Counted from the first letter of the stretch, positions 10,701 through 18,024 are shown. The stretch: 64,000 nt of DNA from Acidobacteriaceae bacterium (GCA_030041515.1 JASHNS010000042.1:24067-88066), one strand, 5' to 3'. Made by a program: numbers and translations. The notes: generated by a model from the sequence alone, not told the origin.

Positions 10701-11250
10701 TGCCGTTGACGGAAACGACCTGGCCGGGGTTGGTGGCGCCCTGCGAACCGCCGGGCGTTCCGGTGGCGCCGGGCAGCAGGATCATGAAGTTCTCCCAGTC
10801 CTCGCCGACCTGAGGGAGTTGCTCCATGGTTTTGGAACTGAGAGTGGTGGTTTCAGAGCCGGAGGTGGTATTGAGCAGAGGAACATCGGTGGTAACAACG
10901 ATCTTTTGGGTGACCTTGCCCACGCTCAGCTGGGCATTCACTTTCGTGCTACCAACCTGGATGGTCAGCGGGCCGCGAACGAGCTCATTGAAGCCGTTCA
11001 TCATGAAGTCAATTCTGTAAGTACCGGCAACGATCGCGGAGGTGTCGTAGACACCGGCGTTGTCGGTGACAAAATCCCTGGCAACTCCCGTGTCCAGATC
11101 GGTGACGGTCACTTTCACCCCGGGAATGACGGCCCCGGTGTTATCAGTGACGGTGCCGCTGATGTCCGCGGAGCTGACGCTCTGCGCGATGCACAGCCCG
11201 CTTCCGCAGAGGAGAAAGAGCGGGAGGGCCCATCGTATGATCCGTGTCAT
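7711..11250 (-). CDS. TonB-dependent receptor with N-terminal carboxypeptidase-regulatory-like domain (acidobacterial type, 1179 aa)
   Basis: It has a signal peptide, a CarboxypepD_reg-like segment (ISGTVTDNTGAVIPGVKVTVTD), a plug, and a very long beta-barrel ending in a terminal aromatic residue (...QFSAKLTF). A GGAGG Shine-Dalgarno lies upstream of the ATG. Confidence 0.9.
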   Translation of the reverse strand: MTRIIRWALPLFLLCGSGLCIAQSVSSADISGTVTDNTGAVIPGVKVTVTDLDTGVARDFVTDNAGVYDTSAIVAGTYRIDFMMNGFNELVRGPLTIQVGSTKVNAQLSVGKVTQKIVVTTDVPLLNTTSGSETTTLSSKTMEQLPQVGEDWENFMILLPGATGTPGGSQGATNPGQVVSVNGSLPYNNIIADGASTTLSHSQNANPAIFEDVSELQVSLSTFTAQYGVGGAIINQISKGGTSQFHGSGYDFYQDNTFNAAPYNFGVSTTVPYIRYNDFGGNVGGPVDIPFWNLKKKAFFFFGYDQIVDHGSASNATNSIPSAAVMSGNFAGELPIYDPTTQTIAYDPKGNPYPVRQSFQSEYGSNAIPAGMIDSVAQKFEQFYPTPSNHIAGGQFINGSVGSDGEIQNNFYSSVPQSTPYRKFFGRLDYDVTASNRITVSDTQSDTPVIYPNGVTACPIGCQSGDVDNNNAQITDVWNFTPDTINEARLGFTDQLNFFDDLAVGKGYAAQLGWQFAKVDDFPAIQFYRNYPYAWIEPSTNAVYKEDVFDPSDVVTMIRGKHLLHFGGEMLIYRDDSTAWGNENPGTLGFGGGYTEEWDHTACGSSAYAGQMCPDTTTGLEYADFLLGYASNWSASVDPEYGARFKSPQFFVQDDYKVRPNLTLNVGLRYQFNTGWSAVHGNEATFDPTVPNPAANPFTGAVNTPGAYWFGTTAANGRTQLIAPVRDTFLPRLGASWSPRPDTTVDGGFGLYAYNWSLDNYGGNNTSYGMGAAISHSGSISDQTNGITPITQLDGPGTIFGTSTPLPYTAGSTSPSAYNGQAVGYISYHVPVPIMQEWNLGVQHQFRSSFMAELAYVGSHGSNLIFTTDINAIPVSELSSNDVQNGDRPYPLFQNLTGSSNNGISNYNSLQASFTMRPAHGISLGTNYVWSHMLDDQDSSGWGSREGPQNWQVANNLQANYSNSNFDVRNAFKGYVVDTLPFGRGQAFLNNNSVLNEIVGGWQLSAMVVDLSGQPFTVFATQNTYQQDGSSFPNWNPGVSVKPRNRTARCNSALGSGTCANEWYNPAAFTMPANGTFGNVKRNALYGPGVDYVNLSGGKVFSLVPGDHPVQLRIRIDANNAFNHASFNQPTGTLGGANGPGTPYTFGENSEGTGSGTTEQITGTTEGGRAVQFSAKLTF

Positions 11251-11376
11251 TCATCGCCTCCAAATTGCTAGGTGCCATCTATTTACGTTTGTCTTCGCGA
11301 AGGTACAGCAGGATCGCAGCATGATCTCGCGCCCAACCGATCTGCGGATCAGACTGAAACGGTCCGTTTCGCATTT

Positions 11377-11390
11377 AGACAACCGTTTGT
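11377..11390. promoter_or_regulatory. LacI-type operator-like site (AGACAACCGTTTGT) in the TonB-receptor leader
   Basis: It is a near-palindrome downstream of the predicted TTGACA/TCTAAT promoter and belongs to the same motif family. Confidence 0.4.
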
Positions 11391-11409
11391 TTTCAATAAC
11401 GCGAGGGCG

Positions 11410-11439
11410 ATTAGAGCATACGCCGAAGACCGCTGTCAA
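11410..11439 (-). promoter_or_regulatory. Sigma-70-like promoter for the TonB-dependent receptor
   Basis: On the minus strand there is TTGACA (11439-11434), an 18-nt spacer and TCTAAT (11415-11410). This implies a leader of about 150 nt. Confidence 0.5.
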
Positions 11440-11464
11440 GTGCCAAATGTAACCTGATTTCGGC

Positions 11465-11479
11465 AGACAATCGGATTGT
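11465..11479. promoter_or_regulatory. LacI-type operator-like site (AGACAATCGGATTGT) upstream of the TonB-receptor promoter
   Basis: It contains the perfect palindrome ACAATC-G-GATTGT, about 28 nt upstream of the -35 box. Confidence 0.45.
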
Positions 11480-11496
11480 TTAACGTGGCAGGGGAG

Positions 11497-11538
11497 GCTT
11501 GCGATGACAATCGGCGATCCTCGCAAGCTGCTTTTTTT
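11497..11538 (+). terminator. Plus-strand-oriented intrinsic terminator with no annotated plus-strand gene
   Basis: The stem is GCTTGCGA-N16-TCGCAAGC, followed by TGC and T7. On the minus strand the U-tract is missing. Confidence 0.5.
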
Positions 11539-11618
11539 CAGCTCTTTGCCCGGATCTCCCGCTTGTCTTCAACGGGAGCGCTCTCCAGCCGGGGCGGGCT
11601 GGCCGTCCGGCTTCCGCA

Positions 11619-14039
11619 TCACTGAAACTGGAACCAGTTGACGTTCGAAATGCTGTCGGTGGCCCCTCCACCGCTGAATACGATGTAGAGGTTGTGCACG
11701 CCGGAAACGCTGGCGACCGGAGCGCTGACGGTCTGCCAGGTCTGCCACCCGCCGGTGACGGGCAGACTCACGGTTGCGATCGGCGTGCTCGTCATGCTGT
11801 CGAGATAAAAGCTTGCGGTCCCGCCATTGCCCGCGCTGGCCGTTCGCACGTTCACGGTGGTGACGGACCCTTCGGCACCGAAATCGATGCCTGGGAAGGA
11901 GACATACGCCCCGGAAGTGAGATAGCCGAGATCGTAATCGCCCGTGGAGTCGCCGGTATCTTCGGTCTCGAGTCCGCTTTCCTGGCTGTAACTCGATCCC
12001 TGAATCTGGGCCGTGGCAGCGACAACGGGCGTACCGGACTGCGTACCCGACCAGGTAAACGTGGCCGCGGCAAGAGCAGGCATCGTCCAGGAGAAGGCCT
12101 CGCCGGCACCCCACTGCACCTGAACATTCTGGCTGGTTGTGGTGTTGTTGTAGACCACCAGGGCGATCGAGCCGTCTGGATTCTGAAACGCCACGGTTGC
12201 CAGGCTGGGCGTATCGCTCGAATAGATGCGCACCGCGCCAGGCAGAACATATTTACTGAACTGGCCGAGGGTGTAGTACTCAATGTCGTAGGTGATGTCG
12301 CCGGTGTTGCTGTTGACGGTGACGATCGGCGTGCAGGTATTGCAGCCACCGAGGCTTGCGTCCTGCGTGAGGTTCGGCCCGAGGTTCTGGTCGAGAGCCA
12401 GGCTCCATTTCACGTAGGCCTTTGCCGAGTTGCGCATCACCTGCGTGATTTCGAGGAAGTCGGAGGTGAACTGGTCGCTGATCCAGGTTCCTCCCGAGTG
12501 TTCGGTCATCCACGTCCCCAGAGAGGGATACAGATTCTGGACGGTCTGCTGCGCCCCCGGCGTTCCGCTGTAGCCATGCCAGGCCGTGCCGGCGATCTGC
12601 GCCATCTGCGCCGCCGTCAGGCCGGCCAGCACGGTCTCAGGATATGAGGGCGTATCCCAGTTGTGGTCATAGACCATGACTTTGGTGGAGAGGCCGGCGG
12701 CCGAGAGCGCAGGAAGGACATACCCCTGCAGCAGACTCAGTTGGGCGGTGTCACTCATGCCCATGCTTGGATACGACGATGTGATGTTGAGGGGCTCGTT
12801 CTGAATCGTGAGGTAGTCCACGGGAACACCCGCGGTCTGGTAAGCCTCAAGGAACTTGACGAAGTAGTTGGCGAAGGCGGTCTCGTTCGCGGTGGTCATG
12901 AGCAGCGTGCCGCCCAGCATCGAGACGGGACTCATGGAACTGGGATCCTTCATCCAGCCCGGGGGGCTCCAGGGCGAAGCCAGCAGCTTCATCTGAGGGT
13001 TGAGGGATTTGGCCTGGAGGATGAGGGGAATGATGTCGGCCTGATCGTGGACGACGGAGAAATCGGTCAGATTCAGATCCGTGGTGCCGACCGGCTGATC
13101 GTCGTAGGAATACACGGAGCGCGCGATGTCGGACGCGCCCATAGGAATGCGCATGAAGCTGAGACCGATGCCCGATCCGCTGCGCGTGAACAAATTGTTC
13201 ATGGCCGTCGTGAGCTGGCTTTTCTGGGCGACTTCATGGAGCAGGTACGCAGCCGAATCAGTAAAAGCGGCGCCGAAGCCATCGATGGTCTGGTAGGTTT
13301 GCGTGTCATCCACCACGATGGTGTTGGTTCCGGCATCGGTCGAATTGGCGCTGAAGCTGACATTCGGTTGTGCAGCCATCAGCTGGGTTTGGTCATTGGT
13401 GCTCAGAACCACGGAAACCGGCGTGCCCGCGGCGGCGCCGATCGCATAGGTTCCGGAGGCGACGGCGCTGTTCGCGTATCCCGAAGCAACGGCGATCGCC
13501 TGGATGGTCGTGGTGCTCGTGACCGGGATCGACGCGGACGTCGAGAAGAGAGTCGAAGAAGCCGTGGGGGTGGTCCCGTCAGTGGTGTAGTAGATGGAGG
13601 CGCCAGGGGTGGAATCGGAAAGCGTGACGCTCTGCGCCGACGCGTAGGTGCCAGGCGCGGGGCTGAATGAGGGAGTTGCGGCCACCGGGAGGCTGATGGT
13701 GTACGTGCCGCTGGCGATGGCGCTGTTCGAATCACCCGCCGCCACGGCGATGGCCTGAATGGTTGTGGTGGAGGTAACCGCGATCGGCGCCGACGCAGAG
13801 AAAAGAGTCGATGAAGATGTGGGGGTGGTCCCGTCGGTGGTGTAGTAGATGGAAGCACCGGACGTCGAATCGGAGAGCGTTACGCTTTGCGCCGAGGAGT
13901 AGGTTCCGGGCGCCGGGCTGAATGAGGGCGTTGCCGCGGTCTGCGTTTGCGTCCCGGTTCCGCCACCGTTCCCGGAGCTGCACCCGGCCAAAGCCATGCA
14001 GGCCAGCACGACCACACCTGACGCCCGCTGCCACGCCAT
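11619..14039 (-). CDS. Lipoprotein glycoside hydrolase family 30 with two N-terminal CHB_HEX_C-like modules and a C-terminal CBM6-like module
   Basis: ATG 14039 is preceded by AGGAGA. There is a lipobox (MALAGC), and a duplicated 85-aa module (PSFSPAPGTY..SVTLSDST.GASIYYTTDGTTPT). The GH30 core includes IDGFGAAFTDSAAY, ASPWSPPGWMK and TIQNEP. The C-terminal sugar-binding module is IQGSSYSQESGLETED...VNWFQFQ. Confidence 0.85.
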   Translation of the reverse strand: MAWQRASGVVVLACMALAGCSSGNGGGTGTQTQTAATPSFSPAPGTYSSAQSVTLSDSTSGASIYYTTDGTTPTSSSTLFSASAPIAVTSTTTIQAIAVAAGDSNSAIASGTYTISLPVAATPSFSPAPGTYASAQSVTLSDSTPGASIYYTTDGTTPTASSTLFSTSASIPVTSTTTIQAIAVASGYANSAVASGTYAIGAAAGTPVSVVLSTNDQTQLMAAQPNVSFSANSTDAGTNTIVVDDTQTYQTIDGFGAAFTDSAAYLLHEVAQKSQLTTAMNNLFTRSGSGIGLSFMRIPMGASDIARSVYSYDDQPVGTTDLNLTDFSVVHDQADIIPLILQAKSLNPQMKLLASPWSPPGWMKDPSSMSPVSMLGGTLLMTTANETAFANYFVKFLEAYQTAGVPVDYLTIQNEPLNITSSYPSMGMSDTAQLSLLQGYVLPALSAAGLSTKVMVYDHNWDTPSYPETVLAGLTAAQMAQIAGTAWHGYSGTPGAQQTVQNLYPSLGTWMTEHSGGTWISDQFTSDFLEITQVMRNSAKAYVKWSLALDQNLGPNLTQDASLGGCNTCTPIVTVNSNTGDITYDIEYYTLGQFSKYVLPGAVRIYSSDTPSLATVAFQNPDGSIALVVYNNTTTSQNVQVQWGAGEAFSWTMPALAAATFTWSGTQSGTPVVAATAQIQGSSYSQESGLETEDTGDSTGDYDLGYLTSGAYVSFPGIDFGAEGSVTTVNVRTASAGNGGTASFYLDSMTSTPIATVSLPVTGGWQTWQTVSAPVASVSGVHNLYIVFSGGGATDSISNVNWFQFQ
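13440..13937 (-). repeat. In-gene tandem duplication (2 x about 255 bp) encoding two CHB_HEX_C-like modules of the GH30 protein
   Basis: Residues 35-115 and 120-200 are near-identical (AATPSFSPAPGTY(S/A)SAQSVTLSDST.GASIYYTTDGTTPT.SSTLF...TSTTTIQAIAVA.G..NSA.ASGTY.I). Confidence 0.85.
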
Positions 14040-14104
14040 CTGGTTCTCCTTCAAAACCCTGATCGAAGCCGGAAAACGGCGGCTGAGAGGTCGTCGTCCC
14101 GCAT

Positions 14105-14119
14105 AGACAATCGATTAAC
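14105..14119. promoter_or_regulatory. LacI-type operator-like site (AGACAATCGATTAAC) in the GH30 leader
   Basis: The core is AATCGATT. It lies about 30-45 nt downstream of the predicted transcription start and 66-80 nt upstream of the GH30 ATG. Confidence 0.45.
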
Positions 14120-14156
14120 TTTGAATGCTGCAGGAAATCTTCCGAATCCGGCAGCC

Positions 14157-14185
14157 ATTACACCGTGCCGGCAGCCGGCTGTCAA
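14157..14185 (-). promoter_or_regulatory. Sigma-70-like promoter for the GH30-CBM6 gene
   Basis: On the minus strand there is TTGACA (14185-14180), a 17-nt spacer and TGTAAT (14162-14157). Confidence 0.5.
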
Positions 14186-14209
14186 GACCAATTTTGTATG
14201 CGCAGGAGC

Positions 14210-14223
14210 AGACAAACGATTGG
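14210..14223. promoter_or_regulatory. LacI-type operator-like site (AGACAAACGATTGG) upstream of the GH30 promoter
   Basis: It differs by one base from AGACAATCGATT, and lies about 25 nt upstream of the -35 box and about 105 bp from the leader site. Confidence 0.4.
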
Positions 14224-14276
14224 CTGCGGGACGGGGACGGCAAGGGCCGGGAATTGAGGGCTCCGGAGCGCTCTCC

Positions 14277-14314
14277 TTGACCGGAAAGGAGAAGGAGGCG
14301 TATTCTCCTTTTCC
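14277..14314 (+). promoter_or_regulatory. padR promoter overlapped by an imperfect palindrome (candidate PadR autoregulatory operator)
   Basis: The promoter elements are TTGACC (14277-14282), an 18-nt spacer and TATTCT (14301-14306). The inverted repeat GGAAAGGAGAA-N9-TTCTCCTTTTCC spans 14283-14314. Confidence 0.4.
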
Positions 14315-14328
14315 ATCGAGGAGAACAC

Positions 14329-14670
14329 ATGCCCGAATCCGTTGAGCTCCCGCAGGGTGCGCTGGAACTGCTGATCCTGAAGGCCATATCCCTCGGTCCA
14401 CTGCATGGATACGGAATCCTGTTGCGCATCCAGCAACTGTCGCGCGATCGTCTCGCGATCCTGCAAGGATCGTTCTATCCGGCCATCTATCGGCTTGAAA
14501 CCCGCGGGTGGATCAGCGGAGAGTGGGGCGAATCCGAAAACAAGCGACGGGCGAGGTTCTACCGTTTGACCGCCGAAGGCAGGCGGCAGCTGAAGACCGA
14601 AAGCGAGCGCTGGGACGATATGGCCTGGGTGGTCGCGAACATCCTGAAGGCCCAGCCGGGTGAGTTGTGA
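14329..14670 (+). CDS. PadR family transcriptional regulator (acidobacterial PadR subgroup)
   Basis: The winged-helix PadR signature is LELLILKAISLGPLHGYGILLRIQQLS...GSFYPAIYRLETRGWISGEWGESENKRRARFYRLT. Its stop overlaps the next gene's start (GTGA). Confidence 0.9.
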   Translation: MPESVELPQGALELLILKAISLGPLHGYGILLRIQQLSRDRLAILQGSFYPAIYRLETRGWISGEWGESENKRRARFYRLTAEGRRQLKTESERWDDMAWVVANILKAQPGEL

Positions 14671-17360
14671 GCGCGCGATCTCGAATCCGCGCCTGGTGGA
14701 TTGGGATGGCGCACCGCGAAGATTTGGGGAAGCAGGTGCAATGTGAGATCGAGTTCCACATCGAGTGCCGGGCTGAAGATCTGATCCGCTCTGGTGTCGT
14801 GGAGGATGAAGCGTGGCGGCGGGCGCGCGCGGAAGCCGGCAGGGCGGACACGCAGAGCGAGAAATACCGGGAGGCCATCGGGCTGCGGCTTCTGGATGAA
14901 CTATGGGGAGATCTTCGTTACGGCCTGCGCGGCCTGGTCCGCAACTCCGGATTCGCCGCTGTAGCGATTTTGTCGCTGACTGTGGGGATCGGCGCGACCA
15001 CGGCCATGTTCAGCCTGATCCATGCCGTGCTCCTGCATCCCTTTCCGTATGCGGGGGCAAGCCGGATTATGAATCCGGGAATCGTCAACGACGAGAACCC
15101 CGGGGAGGAGCGCTGGTTTGCGCTGTGGCGGCCGCAGTTTGCGGTTTTCGGCAAGGCGCAGTGTATCGAAAGCCTGCTGGGATTCCGCAACAAGAGCGAG
15201 GTACTGGCAGGAAAAGCTCTTCCGGAGGACGTGCTCGCCGTATATCTGACGGAGAATGCCGGCGAATTTTTCGGTGTACGACCCGCGCTGGGCCGAATGA
15301 TCGAGCCGAGCGATGCGGCGGGAGGCGGGCAGCCGGTAGCCGTGCTGAACTACCGCTTCTGGCAGCGGCATTTCCAGGGCGCGCGGGACGTGATCGGCAA
15401 AACGTTGCAGCTGGACCAAAGGCTCTACACGATTGTCGGGGTGATGCCACGGAGGTTTGCCTTCGACGACACGACAGGCGTGGGTGACGTGTACCTGCCG
15501 GCCAGCACGATGCAGGAGACCCCAGCCGGGCCGCGCTTCCTGATTCCATGGGTGAAGCTGAGGCGCGGGGTGACGGCGGCAGAGGCCAGCGCCCAGCTCA
15601 ACGGGCTGGTGCATGCATTTGCGCGGCAGGATCCGCAGGTATACCCCAGGAGATTTCATCTGGCACTGCAGCCGATTGTGGAGCCCTACCAGCAAAACAC
15701 GGGGCGCGCGCTGTATCTGCTGCTGGCGGGCGTGGTGGTGTTGCTGCTGATCGGCTGCGCCAACTGCTCCATCCTGTTCCTGGCAAGGGGAGCGGCGCGC
15801 CGGCATGAGTTCGTCATGCGCGGGGCGCTCGGCGCGAGCCGCGGCAGGATCATTCGCCAGCTGCTGGTGGAAGCTCTCGTTATTTCGTTTACCGGAGCCG
15901 CGCTGGGCACGGCCGCTTCCTGGTGGCTGGCGGCTTTGCCCATGCACCTGGCAAAGGGTTCCTTTCCGGCGGAATCGGCCATCCACATCAACCTGCCCAT
16001 CCTCGCATTCTCTGTCAGTGTCGCGCTGGTTTGCGGGATCCTGTTTGGGCTGGCGCCGGCGTTGCGTCTCTCCCGGCCCGTTCCGGGTCCGGCCGTCCAG
16101 TCCATCGGCCGCTGTCTTGGCGGCGAAGGCAGACACGTGCGGTTGAACGTGCTGATCGGCGTGCAGGCAGCGCTCACTCTTCTGCTGATGGCAACGGCAT
16201 CGATGGCCATTGGCGACTTTATCCAGATCACGCACACTCCTCTCGGCTACGATCCGCACGACGTCCTCAGCGCCGGCATCATGACGCACTTCAGCAATTC
16301 CGCGGAGTGGGCGGCCATCCGATCCCGACAGGGCCGCGCCGCCTACTACGAGCGAATCCGGCAGAAGATGGCCGCCGTGCCCGGCGTTCTCTCCGTTGGC
16401 ATCAGCGTGGATGTTTATCCGCCCTATGGAGGCAGCCAGCAGGAGGTCGAAATCCTGGGTCAGAGTTCCGCGCGGGAACAGGATGCACGCATTTTGCAGG
16501 TTGGGCGGCATTATTTTTCCACCCTGCGGATCCCGCTGCACAGCGGCCGCATATGGGACGAAAGGGAAAACCAGCGCGGCGATGGGGTGGCGGTGGTGAA
16601 CGAGGCTTTTGCTGAGCGTTACGCATCCCAGCGCAGTCCCATTGGCCTGCAGGTTCGTATCCCGGACCTTGTTTCGCGTGCGCCACTGATCCCGGCCTCA
16701 TCTGCCAGTTCCGGATGGCGCACGATTACCGGGGTTGTCGGCAACATTCCTGACGATGGGCTTGGCCGTCCCGTGCTGCCCGCTGTCTATGTGCCCTATA
16801 CAACGCTGATGATGCCGTACGCGCAATACAACATCCGCACGCGCGGTCGGCCACTCGGATATCTGCACGCGCTGCGGGCGGCGGTGGCTTCCGTGGCTTC
16901 CGGCCAGCAGGTTTCCCGCGGCGCATCGACGCTGGATTCCATTCTGGACAGCGATCCGCAGTGGAGCCGCCAGCGTCTCTACTCGGTTCTCTTCGGGTGC
17001 TTCTCCGCGATGGCACTCCTTTTGGCTTTGGTCGGGCTTTTTAGTGTGGTGTCCTGGGGCGTCGCGCAAAGAACCGCCGAATTCGGAATTCGGATGGCCT
17101 TAGGCGCTTCGAAGATCCATATCCTCTGGGTTGCATCGCGCAACGCGATGATCAGCGCGGCGGCCGGAGTCGCGGCAGGCCTCGCAGCCAACTTTCTTCT
17201 GGGCAGATTCATCGCTCGCTGGATGGACAACGCAGCAGCCGGAATCGCGAGCTTGTCGGCGATCCTGGTCCTCTTCGCCGTTTGTACGGCGGGCGCCTGC
17301 CTGATGCCCGCCGGCCACGCGGCGTCGATCGAACCCAGCGAGGCTCTGCGCTGCGAGTGA
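14667..17360 (+). CDS. ADOP family duplicated orphan permease (2 x MacB_PCD + FtsX), no ATPase domain
   Basis: The product is 897 aa. It has an N-terminal cytoplasmic prefix, then two MacB-like periplasmic domains, each followed by an FtsX 3-helix bundle (RTAEFGIRMALGAS near the C-terminus). Pairing with PadR is the known acidobacterial arrangement. Confidence 0.85.
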   Translation: MSARSRIRAWWIGMAHREDLGKQVQCEIEFHIECRAEDLIRSGVVEDEAWRRARAEAGRADTQSEKYREAIGLRLLDELWGDLRYGLRGLVRNSGFAAVAILSLTVGIGATTAMFSLIHAVLLHPFPYAGASRIMNPGIVNDENPGEERWFALWRPQFAVFGKAQCIESLLGFRNKSEVLAGKALPEDVLAVYLTENAGEFFGVRPALGRMIEPSDAAGGGQPVAVLNYRFWQRHFQGARDVIGKTLQLDQRLYTIVGVMPRRFAFDDTTGVGDVYLPASTMQETPAGPRFLIPWVKLRRGVTAAEASAQLNGLVHAFARQDPQVYPRRFHLALQPIVEPYQQNTGRALYLLLAGVVVLLLIGCANCSILFLARGAARRHEFVMRGALGASRGRIIRQLLVEALVISFTGAALGTAASWWLAALPMHLAKGSFPAESAIHINLPILAFSVSVALVCGILFGLAPALRLSRPVPGPAVQSIGRCLGGEGRHVRLNVLIGVQAALTLLLMATASMAIGDFIQITHTPLGYDPHDVLSAGIMTHFSNSAEWAAIRSRQGRAAYYERIRQKMAAVPGVLSVGISVDVYPPYGGSQQEVEILGQSSAREQDARILQVGRHYFSTLRIPLHSGRIWDERENQRGDGVAVVNEAFAERYASQRSPIGLQVRIPDLVSRAPLIPASSASSGWRTITGVVGNIPDDGLGRPVLPAVYVPYTTLMMPYAQYNIRTRGRPLGYLHALRAAVASVASGQQVSRGASTLDSILDSDPQWSRQRLYSVLFGCFSAMALLLALVGLFSVVSWGVAQRTAEFGIRMALGASKIHILWVASRNAMISAAAGVAAGLAANFLLGRFIARWMDNAAAGIASLSAILVLFAVCTAGACLMPAGHAASIEPSEALRCE

Positions 17361-17366
17361 GGGAGG

Positions 17367-17975
17367 TCAGCGGCCACGCCCAACGTCCCGTCGAATGACC
17401 GGTCGCGAGCCTGCGATCAGGATGTCGACAAGCCGGCGCGCGCTGGGCTGCCAGTCAGGGGTGGTTGCCACGTGAGCGACACCGATGAGGGCACGCAACA
17501 GATCGGAAGGATCGAGATCGCTGCGAATGTCTCCGCTGGCGATGGCCCGCTGCACTAAGGAGCGGAGTGCCTCCGCCATCTGAGCGTGGGACGATTCGAA
17601 TACCTTTTTCGGGTTTTCGACCAGCGCATTCAGAGCCGGAGCAATGACCTGTTTGGCCGCGATCGTCTCAACGAAGAGCAACAGCCAGGCGCGCAGGGCC
17701 GCGACCGGCGGCAGCGTTGCGGCAAACCTGCGCTCCGCCGCAGCCAGCTTTTCGATCTCCGTTTGATAGACCGCCTTCAGGAGTTCTTCGCGGGAGGGGA
17801 AGTGCCTGTAGAGGGTTCCGGCGCCCACGCCTGCCTGCCTGGCGATGTCATCGAGGCTGGCCTCGGCGCCGCAGCGCGTAAATGCCTCCCTGGCGGCCTC
17901 CAGAATGCGGCCGCGATTCCGCCGCGCATCCGCGCGCTGTCTTCTGGTGGGCGGCCTGGATTTCTTTCTGGGCAT
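17367..17975 (-). CDS. TetR/AcrR family transcriptional regulator
   Basis: The N-terminal TetR HTH is RILEAAREAFTRCGAEASLDDIARQAGVGAGTLYRHFPSREEL. Confidence 0.9.
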   Translation of the reverse strand: MPRKKSRPPTRRQRADARRNRGRILEAAREAFTRCGAEASLDDIARQAGVGAGTLYRHFPSREELLKAVYQTEIEKLAAAERRFAATLPPVAALRAWLLLFVETIAAKQVIAPALNALVENPKKVFESSHAQMAEALRSLVQRAIASGDIRSDLDPSDLLRALIGVAHVATTPDWQPSARRLVDILIAGSRPVIRRDVGRGR

Positions 17976-17995
17976 GCAGCAAACTTTTCTGCAAC

Positions 17996-18010
17996 CGGAG
18001 AGTGTCTCCG
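17996..18010. promoter_or_regulatory. Palindromic operator candidate 1 (CGGAGA-GTG-TCTCCG) in the tetR / SDR divergent region
   Basis: It is a perfect 6-3-6 inverted repeat preceded by AAC. A second copy lies 29 bp downstream. Confidence 0.55.
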
Positions 18011-18024
18011 ATTATCTTTATAAC

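Noticed and set aside
11272-11457. A 61-aa plus-strand ORF in the receptor/GH30 intergenic region, which might explain the plus-strand terminator at 11497.
   Set aside because: It has a GTG start without a Shine-Dalgarno. It overlaps the predicted minus-strand promoter and operator sites, and its composition is not protein-like. It is kept only as a possibility under the orphan-terminator finding.
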